Assembly: GCF_900187275.1 (NCBI RefSeq)
Contig: NZ_LT906458.1
Coordinates: 1,770,001 to 1,802,000 of the forward strand
DNA from: Pasteurella multocida
GTDB taxonomy: Bacteria > Pseudomonadota > Gammaproteobacteria > Enterobacterales > Pasteurellaceae
Reading direction: 5' to 3'
DNA length: 32,000 nt
In this document: positions 8,938 to 20,710 of the stretch, in pieces
How the letters are laid out: each line of letters begins with the position of its first letter
Position numbering within the stretch: the first letter of the stretch is position 1
The notes under the pieces: generated by a model
What the model was told of the DNA's origin: nothing
What the model saw: only the letters and a program-made list of their open reading frames with translations
The model's database searches: none
Made by a program: the position numbers and the translations under genes

Positions 8938-10678
8938 GCTGACCTCCGTGGCGGATATTTTCTAAATTTTTCTGTTGCGTAAACATCTCAGCATACATTC
9001 CCTGCTCAGCCATTAAGCTGTCATGATTGCCCTGCTCAACTAAACGTCCCGCTTGCAAAACATAAATCTGATCGGCTTTCACCGCATTGGCTAAACGATG
9101 CGAAATCATCACAAGGGTTTTCTCTGCTTTTAAACGTTGAATAAATTGTAGAATAATTTCTTCACTTTCCACATCAATGTTGCTGGTCGCTTCGTCAAAA
9201 ATATAGCAATCCGCATTGTGCAATAAAGCACGGGCAAGCGCGAGACGCTGAATTTGTCCGCCGGATAAATTGCTACCACGGCTTAATAACATCATATCTA
9301 GACCGCCGTTTTCACGCACGAAATTGGCAAGATTGACTTGTTCTAGCACCGCATAAATCTGCTCATCGGTTGCGCTTAAATTTGCCATTAGCATATTTTC
9401 ACGCAAGCTCCCTTTGAAAATATAAGAACTGTGGCTCACCAGTGAAACATGACGATAGAATGCATAACGATCAAGATCTTGAATGTCTTGTTGGTTAAAT
9501 AAAATCTTGCCTTGCTGCGCTTTGTGGAAGCCCATTAAAAGCGACACTAAAGTCGATTTACCACAACCACTTTTACCGACAAAAACCGTGAGTTTTTTCG
9601 GCTCAATTGTGAGCGTTAAACCATTAATCGCTTGTTTTTCAGCCTGATAGGCAAAGTGGAGATCTTGAATTTCCACACGCAATTGGTTTTCGACTGGAAA
9701 TGCCACTGCATTTGGATTGATTTCAACAGGGGTATCTAACAAAGTAAAAATCTTATCCGAAGCGGCTTTGCCATTCATTGCCACATGGAAAAATGAACCT
9801 AATAAGCGTAATGGAATGAAAAATTCGGAGGCGAGTAGAATAAATAAAATCACGCCAAAAATACTTAAACTGCCTGCTTGGTATTGTAAAAGGGCAGTCA
9901 AAATGCCGATAGCGGATCCACCGTATGCCAATAAATCCATGATTGACACTGAGTTGAGCTGCATGGTCAGCACTTTCATGGTGATAGTACGGAATTTCTC
10001 GGCTTCTTGATCCATTTGTTTGGCTTTGTAAGCATCATCTTGATAAATCTTCAAGGTAATTAAGCCCTGTAAATTATCCAAAAAGCTGCTACCAAGCCCG
10101 ACATAGATCGACCAATACTTATGTAATAAACGTTTAGCGATTTTATTGACCGCAATAATAGAAAAAGGAATCAGTGGTACACAGATCAAGAGAATCAGTG
10201 CAGTCGGTGCATTGAAAAAGACTAAAAACACAAAGAGAGAGAGCGGTGCCAGCAAGCTATAAAACAGTTGTGGCAAATAGCGCCCAAAATAGATTTCAAG
10301 CTGTTCCACACCTTCTGATGCCACTTGAATAATAGAAGAGGTGGATTGTTGATTCACTTGATTTAATGGCATCGACGCCAATTTTTGAAAAATCAAGGTA
10401 CGTAGTTTATGTTTTACATGCGTACTGGCTTGATAAGAGGCTTTCACAGCCATTTTGCCTGCCATGGCACGTACCGCAAGGGCGGCAACTAAATTGATAG
10501 CATAGCTAAACAAAGTGCCCAAGGTAAGTGTTTGTTCAAAGGCTTGTTCCAAACAAAGGGCAAAAATCACGGCACTGACAATACTAGCAATAAGCGCAAT
10601 CCAGTTCCAAAGCACTGTTTTTGCTACCCATTTTTTGCTATCGGTTACCGTGTTAATCAGTCGTTTATCGATCATCAT
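8930..10678 (-). CDS. ABC exporter permease/ATPase subunit, CydD-like
   Basis: 582 aa; Walker A GKSGCGKST-type, LSGGQIQRLALARALL, CYIFDEATSNID; AAAGGATGA SD upstream. Confidence 0.85.
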   Translation of the reverse strand: MMIDKRLINTVTDSKKWVAKTVLWNWIALIASIVSAVIFALCLEQAFEQTLTLGTLFSYAINLVAALAVRAMAGKMAVKASYQASTHVKHKLRTLIFQKLASMPLNQVNQQSTSSIIQVASEGVEQLEIYFGRYLPQLFYSLLAPLSLFVFLVFFNAPTALILLICVPLIPFSIIAVNKIAKRLLHKYWSIYVGLGSSFLDNLQGLITLKIYQDDAYKAKQMDQEAEKFRTITMKVLTMQLNSVSIMDLLAYGGSAIGILTALLQYQAGSLSIFGVILFILLASEFFIPLRLLGSFFHVAMNGKAASDKIFTLLDTPVEINPNAVAFPVENQLRVEIQDLHFAYQAEKQAINGLTLTIEPKKLTVFVGKSGCGKSTLVSLLMGFHKAQQGKILFNQQDIQDLDRYAFYRHVSLVSHSSYIFKGSLRENMLMANLSATDEQIYAVLEQVNLANFVRENGGLDMMLLSRGSNLSGGQIQRLALARALLHNADCYIFDEATSNIDVESEEIILQFIQRLKAEKTLVMISHRLANAVKADQIYVLQAGRLVEQGNHDSLMAEQGMYAEMFTQQKNLENIRHGGQHA

Positions 10679-10802
10679 AAAAGGGTCATCCTTTAAAAAA
10701 CATATCTAACTATCAAGTGCGATAGTTTAACACAAATGAGAATAAGATTTATTAAAGTATCAACGGAAAATTATAAATTCCGTAGCGACAAAGAAACCCT
10801 AG

Positions 10803-11663
10803 CTATTCCTTCGCGGTAAATTTTGGCATCATACTGGCCATTACCGTAGAAGATACGATGATAAAAATGCCTAGCCAAGACACAAGCGAAATCATTTCAC
10901 CTAATAATAAAATCGCTAGACCTACGCCAAATATAGGCTCAAGTGCGGTCAATAACCCAGTAAAGTTGGTATGGGTGGCATTCAGTCCTTTATTCCATAA
11001 CCAATAAGCAATCCAACTGCAAAAAATAGCCAGATAAAGTAATCCTGCTACACCTTGCCAGTTCCAATTGACAGTCCAATTTTGAGTTAATAACGCAGTG
11101 AAAGGTAAACAGGTGATCGCCCCTAACACCACAGAAATCGCAGTATAAGCAGAGGCGGTGATCTGATTAATCATGGTTTTTGTCCAACGTAAGCAAACAG
11201 AAAATAAAATCCCTGCAAATAATACTAAAAGACAACCAAGGACTGTGATTTCGCCTTCGTGGCCTCCACCAGCAATTAAAATTGCGACACCAATAAATGC
11301 TAATGTACCAAATAACCAGTGATACCAACTGGCTTTATCTTTAAAGAAAAAATGCCCCACAAAAACAATCAATAAAGGTTCTAAACCAATAATAGTGGCA
11401 GCACTTGCCGCGGACGTATAATGAAGTCCAACAAACTGTAATAAAAATACTGCAGGATAATTAAAAAAGCCGAGCCACCATAATTGTGGACGTAACCTCT
11501 TATCCACTTTTTTCCAATGACGTAAAAAGAGTGGAAAAACAAGTAACGCAATTATCATTAATCGAGTTTGAACGGTTAATACTGGATCGAGCATTGTAAA
11601 AGCATATTTCCCAGCAACAAAAGAACTTGCCCAAATAAAGAGTGCAATAATTTGGTATATCAT
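10803..11663 (-). CDS. EamA/DMT superfamily permease
   Basis: 286 aa, about 10 TM, two EamA-like repeats (ALFIWASSFVAGKYAF...; GVAGLLYLAIFCSWIAYWLWNKGL...LEPIFGVGLAILLLGE). Confidence 0.88.
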   Translation of the reverse strand: MIYQIIALFIWASSFVAGKYAFTMLDPVLTVQTRLMIIALLVFPLFLRHWKKVDKRLRPQLWWLGFFNYPAVFLLQFVGLHYTSAASAATIIGLEPLLIVFVGHFFFKDKASWYHWLFGTLAFIGVAILIAGGGHEGEITVLGCLLVLFAGILFSVCLRWTKTMINQITASAYTAISVVLGAITCLPFTALLTQNWTVNWNWQGVAGLLYLAIFCSWIAYWLWNKGLNATHTNFTGLLTALEPIFGVGLAILLLGEMISLVSWLGIFIIVSSTVMASMMPKFTAKE

Positions 11664-11678
11664 GGATTTATAAAGAAA

Positions 11679-11715
11679 AAGTGCGGTTAAAATGAACTTT
11701 ATTTTAACCGCACTT
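11679..11715. terminator. Perfect inverted USS pair, terminator hairpin downstream of gyrB
   Basis: AAGTGCGGTTAAAAT (11679-11693) pairs over 15 bp with ATTTTAACCGCACTT (11701-11715), 7-nt loop. Confidence 0.85.
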
Positions 11716-11741
11716 GATGAAATGAAAAGCAGATTTTTTGT

Positions 11742-14261
<2,520 letters not shown>

Positions 14262-14466
14262 CTAACTAAAACGGTTTTAAGTGCCTTCCACTACGTAATT
14301 TTGAGTCCGAAAAAGTAACGCAAAACAGATGATTTTCTCCACTTAATAAAATTTATAACAATTTTTATACAATTTTATTACATTTCAGTTGATTTATTAT
14401 TTATATCCTATATATTTCATATTTAATAAATAACATATAAAAAGATAAAATATAAAGGAGAAAATA

Positions 14467-15816
14467 ATGCGTAAATCCAATTATATTAATCAAAGTAAGC
14501 GCCAATTTCTGCGTACGGGTGCAGCCAGTATTGCAGCTGGGGCAATTGGTACATCTGGTTTTTTCTTACCTAAAACAGCAACTGCCTCATTACCTAAAAT
14601 CCGTTCTTCAGCAAAAATTGTGATTGCTGGTGCCGGGGCGGCTGGTCTTACAATTGCTTCTCAACTCGCTGCGCGGCTTGAACCAAGTGCACAAATTATT
14701 TTAATTGACTCAAGAATCGCGCATTATTACCAACCCGGGTTTACGCTCGTGGCCGCTGGCATTAAACCTAAACACTATGTTGTTTCACAAACTGAGGAAT
14801 ATTTACCTGACAATGTGAAATGGATTAAAGCCGCTGTAAATGAATTTGATCCCGATAGCAATCGCCTGACGACATCAACGGGTGAGCACATCACTTACGA
14901 TTATTTATTTGTTGCAACAGGTCTAAAACTTGATTATGACGCTATTGAAGGCATGGATGTTAACTTGATAGGGCAAAATGGCTTAGGCAGCATTTATCAC
15001 AGCCCAGACAGTGCTTATAAAACATGGCAATTGCTTGATCAATTTGCCAACAAAGGCGGAGATGCGGTCTTCTTACGCCCTGCAACAGAAATGAAATGTG
15101 CAGGTGCACCTTTAAAATATACCTTTATCGTGCGTGATTATTTGCTCAGACGCCATACCTTAGATAAATCAAGATTATTTTATAACGCACATAATAAAAC
15201 CTTATTTAGCGTGCCTATCGTTGATGCAAAAGTCAAAATGCTGTTTGCTGAAAAAAATATCCAAGTCAATTACGATCGTAGCCTTACAGCCATTGATCTG
15301 AGTAAACGTATTGCGACCTTTAATAGCCCAGAAGGAGTTGTAGAAGTCCCTTATGATTTTATTAATGTGGTACCTCCAATGCGAGCACCTGATGCCGTTC
15401 GTCAATCAGCACTCGCGTGGCAAGAAGGAAAATGGGCTAACGATGGTTGGGTTGAAGTAGAAAAACATACCTTGCGTCACCGTCGTTATGCCAATGTGTT
15501 TGCTGTGGGTGATGTGGCAGGGGTCCCAAAAGGCAAAACGGCTGCCAGTGTCAAATGGCAAGTTCCTGTTGCAGTGGCACATTTACTCGCAGAATTAGAG
15601 GGCAAACCTTGTGATGAAATTTACAACGGTTATACATCTTGTCCATTAATTACTCAATTAGGAAAGGGGATGCTAGTAGAATTTGATTATAACAACCACT
15701 TAACACCTTCTTTCCCCGGTGTAATAGCGCCATTAGAAGAACTGTGGGCAACATGGGCAATTAAAACATTAGGTTTAAAACCCACTTATTTAGGTATGTT
15801 ACGTGGATTAGCTTAA
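14467..15816 (+). CDS. Sulfide:quinone oxidoreductase-like FAD/NAD(P)-dependent oxidoreductase with Tat-type signal
   Basis: N-terminal SKRQFLRTGAASIAAGAIG (Tat-like), then IVIAGAGAAGLTIASQLA FAD motif; HYYQPGFTLVAAG and FVATGLKLDYD typical of SQR; RBS aaaggag. Confidence 0.85.
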   Translation: MRKSNYINQSKRQFLRTGAASIAAGAIGTSGFFLPKTATASLPKIRSSAKIVIAGAGAAGLTIASQLAARLEPSAQIILIDSRIAHYYQPGFTLVAAGIKPKHYVVSQTEEYLPDNVKWIKAAVNEFDPDSNRLTTSTGEHITYDYLFVATGLKLDYDAIEGMDVNLIGQNGLGSIYHSPDSAYKTWQLLDQFANKGGDAVFLRPATEMKCAGAPLKYTFIVRDYLLRRHTLDKSRLFYNAHNKTLFSVPIVDAKVKMLFAEKNIQVNYDRSLTAIDLSKRIATFNSPEGVVEVPYDFINVVPPMRAPDAVRQSALAWQEGKWANDGWVEVEKHTLRHRRYANVFAVGDVAGVPKGKTAASVKWQVPVAVAHLLAELEGKPCDEIYNGYTSCPLITQLGKGMLVEFDYNNHLTPSFPGVIAPLEELWATWAIKTLGLKPTYLGMLRGLA

Positions 15817-15828
15817 GGAGCGTTAACA

Positions 15829-16191
15829 ATGAAAGAATTTCAATTTGACACTTTATGGGCTGTGATGCAAATCATGCTAGGGGCATTTTTCTGGCCTGCC
15901 TTAATCGTCATAATTTTAACAATCACGGCTTTTTGTTATTTATTAGTCAAAGAAAAGGGGCTTGTTGCTTGTCGTTTAAAAGGCAGTAGTCTTGTCGGAT
16001 TATTAGGTGGCATACTTGCTTTATATCTTTTGTTTTCAATTTCACAAGCATCAATTAGCGACATAGGCGGACCAATCGATCTGATTCTTGTAGTTTTAGC
16101 CTATTTTGGTGGTTTCTTAGCAAGCACAATGCTACTTTATAGTATTATGGGCTTTGTCAAACCAAGAAGTTGTGCTTGTCAAAAAAATTAA
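15829..16191 (+). CDS. Small membrane protein (DUF5368-like)
   Basis: 120 aa with three predicted hydrophobic segments, starts 12 bp after the upstream gene, RBS aaggag-like. Confidence 0.65.
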   Translation: MKEFQFDTLWAVMQIMLGAFFWPALIVIILTITAFCYLLVKEKGLVACRLKGSSLVGLLGGILALYLLFSISQASISDIGGPIDLILVVLAYFGGFLASTMLLYSIMGFVKPRSCACQKN

Positions 16192-16207
16192 CTTAATGGA
16201 AAGTATC

Positions 16208-17086
16208 ATGAAAATTGCGATACCTGAAATCAAAGCATTTTTTGATGAACCAACGAATACATACAGTTATGTTGTTCACGATCCTGATACGCAAGCTTGT
16301 GCCATTATTGATTCTGTTTTGGATTTAGATTATGCGGCAGGAAAAATCAGCACCGTATCTGCAGATGCCATTATTGCGTATATTCAACAACAGCAATTGA
16401 CTGTTGAGTGGATTTTAGAAACGCATGTGCATGCCGATCATTTATCCGCAGCGCCTTATTTGCAAGAAAAATTAGGTGGAAAAACAGGTATTGGTCAACA
16501 TATCACAACTGTACAAAATGTATTTGGTAAGGCATTTAATGCCGGTACGGAATTTGCCCGTGATGGTAGTCAATTTAATCGCTTGTTTCATGATGGAGAT
16601 GAATTCACTCTCGGTCGCCTTCCTGTTAAAGTCATTCATACCCCAGGACATACTCCAGCTTGTGTCAGTTATTTAATTGGAGATGCCGTTTTCGTAGGGG
16701 ATACTTTATTCATGCCAGATTATGGGACTGCACGTTGTGATTTTCCTGGCGGGGATGCCAATGTGTTATATCAATCTGTACAAAAATTACTTGCTTTACC
16801 TGAAGAAACACGGATGTTCTTATGCCACGATTATTTACCTAAACATCGTCAAGAATATTGCTATGAAACCACTGTTAAAGCACAGAAAGAACAAAATATT
16901 CATATTCACCACGGGGTTAAGCAAGCAGAATTTGTTCAAATGCGCCAATCGCGTGATGCGACATTATCTATGCCGAAATTGATCATTCCTTCGGTACAAG
17001 TCAATATGCGAGCAGGACATTTACCGCCAGCAGAAGAAAATGGGCAAGTCTATTTAAAAGTGCCGATTAATTTATTTAAATCATAA
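16208..17086 (+). CDS. MBL-fold metallo-hydrolase, persulfide dioxygenase/ETHE1-Blh-like
   Basis: MKIAIPEIKAFFDEPTNTYSYVVHDPDTQACAIIDSVLD; HVHADHLSAAPYL metal motif; HTPGHTPACVSYLIGDAVFVGDTLFMPDYGTARCDFPGGDA. Start moved from 16154 to 16208 by homology. Confidence 0.9.
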   Translation: MKIAIPEIKAFFDEPTNTYSYVVHDPDTQACAIIDSVLDLDYAAGKISTVSADAIIAYIQQQQLTVEWILETHVHADHLSAAPYLQEKLGGKTGIGQHITTVQNVFGKAFNAGTEFARDGSQFNRLFHDGDEFTLGRLPVKVIHTPGHTPACVSYLIGDAVFVGDTLFMPDYGTARCDFPGGDANVLYQSVQKLLALPEETRMFLCHDYLPKHRQEYCYETTVKAQKEQNIHIHHGVKQAEFVQMRQSRDATLSMPKLIIPSVQVNMRAGHLPPAEENGQVYLKVPINLFKS

Positions 17087-17104
17087 TTTACAGGGGAAAG
17101 CGCT

Positions 17105-17629
17105 ATGACAATTCAAACCATCTGTGTCAATGATGTATGTGAAAAACTGAAGCAAGGGGCAATTTTAGTTGATATTCGTCAACCTGATGAATATTTAAGA
17201 GAAAATATTGAAGGGGCAGAACTACAACCACTTGCACAGCTTGAAAAAGAGGGGTTACAAGGCAATGCTGTGAGTGCAAATGTTATTATTTTTCATTGCC
17301 GTTCTGGTCGCCGCACACAGCAAGCCAGTGAATTATTAACCGCGATTTCTGTTGGTAAAGAAGCGTTTATTTTGGAAGGTGGATTAGACGGTTGGAAAGC
17401 CAATCATCAACCTACTCGCTTAAATCGTTCTCAACCTTTAGAAATGATGCGTCAAGTCCAAATTGCCGCGGGAAGTTTAACCTTAATTGGTGCGCTTTTA
17501 GGTTGGTTAGTTTCACCTGCATTCTATGGTTTATGTGCATTTGTTGGTGCGGGATTATTACTCGCGGGTGCGACGGGATTCTGTGGTATGGCTCGTTTAC
17601 TTGCTCTCATGCCTTGGAATCGTCAATAA
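17105..17629 (+). CDS. Rhodanese domain protein with C-terminal membrane segments (DUF2892-like)
   Basis: GAILVDIRQPDEYLRENIEGAELQPL, active-site loop HCRSGRRTQQ, followed by two hydrophobic helices. Confidence 0.88.
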   Translation: MTIQTICVNDVCEKLKQGAILVDIRQPDEYLRENIEGAELQPLAQLEKEGLQGNAVSANVIIFHCRSGRRTQQASELLTAISVGKEAFILEGGLDGWKANHQPTRLNRSQPLEMMRQVQIAAGSLTLIGALLGWLVSPAFYGLCAFVGAGLLLAGATGFCGMARLLALMPWNRQ

Positions 17630-17639
17630 CCAACTTGCT

Positions 17640-17668
17640 GGAAGTAGAAAGCAATATTTTCTACTTCC
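17640..17668 (+). terminator. Rho-independent terminator of the sulfide-oxidation cluster
   Basis: GGAAGTAGAAA (17640-17650) / TTTCTACTTCC (17658-17668) followed by TTTCTT. Confidence 0.75.
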
Positions 17669-17934
17669 TTTCTTGTCCTATAATGAAAATGAGCCTTTCT
17701 TTTTATGCTGCCTAAATAAGCGATTTAATCAAAAAATAGGCAAATCAACAAAAATGACATATCATACCTGTCTGAATGCGTTTAAGTACATAAGTCAATT
17801 TTAGATAACATTTACTATTTAATTGGTTTTTATAAATTTTCTTATTCTTAATTAAATTATTACTTTTTATTTTACATTTTTAATTAAATATAAATAAAAA
17901 TTTATTTAAAATAAATATCTGTTGGGAAAAAATA

Positions 17935-18222
17935 ATGGAAGAAATATTTTCAAAATGTGATGAAGCAACGAAATTTTTAAAATCTTTTTCAAATCAAAAT
18001 CGATTAATTATTTTATGTTGTATTTTAGATCAAAAACGCAATGTAACTGAAATTACACAACTTACAGGCTTACCACAAGCCTCTGTTTCCAATCAACTTG
18101 CTTTATTACGAGAAAATAAACTGATTGATTGTGAAAAACGCCATCGTGAAAGATTATATTATATTGCCGATCCAAGAGTGCTTGAAATTATGCAACTCTT
18201 ACATAAATTCTTCTGTCAATAA
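17935..18222 (+). CDS. ArsR/SmtB-family regulator, BigR/SqrR-like persulfide sensor candidate
   Basis: 95 aa wHTH; NQNRLIILCCILDQKRNVTEITQLTGLPQASVSNQLALLRENKLI...RLYYIADPRVLEIMQLLHKFFCQ; Cys at 28/29 and 94 match the positions of the BigR/SqrR dithiol. Confidence 0.85.
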   Translation: MEEIFSKCDEATKFLKSFSNQNRLIILCCILDQKRNVTEITQLTGLPQASVSNQLALLRENKLIDCEKRHRERLYYIADPRVLEIMQLLHKFFCQ

Positions 18223-18242
18223 AATAAATAATAAAAATAACT

Positions 18243-18286
18243 TTTTTGCACCTTAAAAATAATCTCTTTTGAATTAAGGTGCAAAA
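18243..18286. terminator. Bidirectional terminator
   Basis: TTTTTGCACCTTAA (18243-18256) pairs perfectly with TTAAGGTGCAAAAA (18273-18286) between convergent genes. Confidence 0.85.
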
Positions 18287-18302
18287 ATGGGTTTCTTTCT
18301 TA

Positions 18303-19316
18303 TTAAGCACCAATAATACGATAAAGTGCGGTATCTTTTCTATCCAAATAATGTACTGATTGGATGCGACGAATGGTGCGAGAACGACCACGAATAAGTA
18401 GTGTTTCCGTCGTAGCAAGATTGCCTTTACGGTGAATCCCTTTCAACAAATCCCCGTTAGTAATACCAGTGGCAGAAAAGACTAAATTATCATCACGTAC
18501 CAGATCTTCTAGTTTTAATACTTGATTAACTTCAATGCCCATTTCTTGGCAACGACGAATTTCCTCTGCAGCAAGTGCTTGATTTTCAGGTGTATCTCCT
18601 TTTACGTGATCACGTGGTAATAAACGGGCTTGCATATCGCCACCTAAAGCACGCACAGCCGCCGCCGCAATGACGCCTTCAGGCGCACCACCAATACCGT
18701 ATAGCATGTCTACCCCACCATCTGGTAAACAACACAATATCGAGGCTGCTACATCACCATCTGGTATAGCCAATACTTTCACACCTAATTGTTGCATTCT
18801 TTTGATCATCTCATGATGACGGGGTTTATCTAAAGTAATCACTGTAAGTTGAGAAAGTAATTTCCCCATTTTTGATGCCACTCGACGTAAATTTTGTTCT
18901 AGTGGTAAATTGAGATCCACCATGCCTTTGACTTCAGGACCCACCACTAATTTTTCCATATACATATCAGGTGCTTTTAAAAAGGTTTCTTTCCCACCGG
19001 CAGCTAAAACAGATAAGGCATTTGCCTGCCCCATGGCAGTCATTCTTGTGCCTTCAATAGGATCAACTGCAATAGAAATTTGTTCACCTTTACCATTTCC
19101 CACTTTTTCACCGATATAAAGCATAGGCGCTTCATCAATTTCACCTTCACCAATCACGACTTCAGCATCCATTTCAACTTGATTTAACATCAAACGCATG
19201 GCTTGTACTGCAGCATTATCCGCGGCTTCTTTATCGCCACGACCTAACCATGCAAAACCTGCAAGGGCGGCAGCTTCAGTGACTCTTGAAAATTCAATCG
19301 CTAATGCTCTATTCAT
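18303..19316 (-). CDS. glpX: Class II fructose-1,6-bisphosphatase
   Basis: 337 aa; EFSRVTEAAALAGFAWLGRGDKEAADNAAVQAMR, EVVIGEGEIDEAPMLYIGE, IAVDPIEGT, GIGGAPEGVIAAAAVRALGG. Confidence 0.97.
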   Translation of the reverse strand: MNRALAIEFSRVTEAAALAGFAWLGRGDKEAADNAAVQAMRLMLNQVEMDAEVVIGEGEIDEAPMLYIGEKVGNGKGEQISIAVDPIEGTRMTAMGQANALSVLAAGGKETFLKAPDMYMEKLVVGPEVKGMVDLNLPLEQNLRRVASKMGKLLSQLTVITLDKPRHHEMIKRMQQLGVKVLAIPDGDVAASILCCLPDGGVDMLYGIGGAPEGVIAAAAVRALGGDMQARLLPRDHVKGDTPENQALAAEEIRRCQEMGIEVNQVLKLEDLVRDDNLVFSATGITNGDLLKGIHRKGNLATTETLLIRGRSRTIRRIQSVHYLDRKDTALYRIIGA

Positions 19317-19531
19317 TTTATTATCCTTTGGGTTGATTGATGAAAATTCAGCGTTATTTTAGCACCTAGCAAACGATTGCGTAACGAAAAAATACAAAAA
19401 TGCACAGAATTTTTTCGAACCAAATAAGAAATTATGTTAAGGTGGCAAGCAAAATGATACTCATCTGTTTAACATCCCTGTTAACTAGAGTAAAATAGAC
19501 ACACTTAATTACATTGTAGAGGAATCCTTTT

Positions 19532-19750
19532 ATGTCTTTAGAAATTTTAGATCAGTTAGAAGAAAAAATTAAACAAGCGGTTGAAACTATCCAATTACTT
19601 CAATTGGAAATTGATGAATTAAAAGAAAAAAATAACCAATCTCAACAAGCAAATGACGCATTACGCAGTGAAAATGAACAACTAAAGAGTGAGCACCAAA
19701 ACTGGCAAGAACGTTTACGCTCATTATTAGGCAAAATTGATAACGTATAA
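19532..19750 (+). CDS. zapB: Cell division protein ZapB
   Basis: 72 aa coiled coil; MSLEILDQLEEKIKQAVETIQLLQLEIDELKEKNN, RLRSLLGKID. Confidence 0.93.
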   Translation: MSLEILDQLEEKIKQAVETIQLLQLEIDELKEKNNQSQQANDALRSENEQLKSEHQNWQERLRSLLGKIDNV

Positions 19751-19763
19751 TTCACTTCTTATT

Positions 19764-19786
19764 AAGGCTTAGTTTTTCTAAGCCTT
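19764..19786 (+). terminator. Rho-independent terminator after zapB
   Basis: AAGGCTTAG (19764-19772)/CTAAGCCTT (19778-19786) followed by ATTTTTT. Confidence 0.85.
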
Positions 19787-19804
19787 ATTTTTTAGGAGAA
19801 ATTA

Positions 19805-20248
19805 ATGAAAACAAAAATTTGTATTATCACTGGCAGTACGCTTGGTGGTGCAGAATATGTTGCAGAACATATTGCTGAAATATTAGAACAACAAGATTAT
19901 CCTGTACGTTTAGAACATGGACCAAATTTTGAAGAAGTGATCGATGAAAAATGTTGGCTTGTTGTCACCTCTACCCATGGTGCAGGTGAATTACCGGATA
20001 ATATTAAACCTCTGTTTGAAAAATTAGCATTTCACCCAAAACAGTTAGCTGACTTACGCTTTGCGGTGATCGGGTTAGGTAATTCGGATTATGATACCTT
20101 CTGTCACGCAGTGGATCATGTGGAACAATTACTGCTAAGCAAAGATGCTTTACAACTGTGTGAATCGCTAAGAATGGATATGCTAACCATTACTGATCCT
20201 GAACACACGGCCGAACAATGGCTCCCACAATTTCTCAGTCAATTATAA
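19805..20248 (+). CDS. mioC: Flavodoxin-like FMN-binding protein MioC
   Basis: 147 aa; [62 protein letters not shown]; adjacent to mnmG as in enterobacteria. Confidence 0.93.
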   Translation: MKTKICIITGSTLGGAEYVAEHIAEILEQQDYPVRLEHGPNFEEVIDEKCWLVVTSTHGAGELPDNIKPLFEKLAFHPKQLADLRFAVIGLGNSDYDTFCHAVDHVEQLLLSKDALQLCESLRMDMLTITDPEHTAEQWLPQFLSQL

Positions 20249-20299
20249 TATTTATTCCCTATACAATGGCATATGTAAATCAAATATGCCATTTTTCAT

Positions 20300-20710
20300 C
20301 TCGATCAAGCATAATATTTAACCAATCAAATCAATATTTTCTCTGTGGATAACTAAGATCAAAACTGTATAAAAGCTGTTTTTATTCCCTGAATAAGATT
20401 GAATGTTTTTTATTCTGTGGATAACTAAAGAAGTTATTCACAGTTTTTTCTGGTGCCAAATTGAGATCTTAACAACTTAAAAAATGATCTAAGTTATTCA
20501 TTTAAAAAAAGAAAAGGATCTTAATCACAGCACTATAGGATCCTAATAATCATAATAATAAGATCTCTTTATATAAAAAGATCCTATCTTTATTAACTCA
20601 CGATCTTTTTCACGATCATCGTACAGTCTTGATCAAAAATGTTTCTTTCATGGATCCATAAATTTCAGTAGAATAGCCAACCAGCAAAAAGGATCAAAAG
20701 ATCCATAAAA
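20300..20710. other. Predicted chromosomal replication origin oriC
   Basis: Intergenic between mioC and mnmG; DnaA boxes TGTGGATAA at 20344-20352 and 20416-20424, TTATTCACA at 20434-20442; 14 GATC sites between 20303 and 20703; AT-rich 13-mer-like GATCTCTTTATAT, GATCCTATCTTTATT and GATCTTTTTCAC toward mnmG. Confidence 0.92.

Noticed and set aside
17669-17934. Possible small RNA or peptide gene in the 17.67-17.93 kb AT-rich intergenic region
   Set aside because: No convincing promoter-terminator pair; ORFs here (17526..17804) mainly derive from the antisense or alternative frame of the rhodanese gene. Only RNA-seq could support this.
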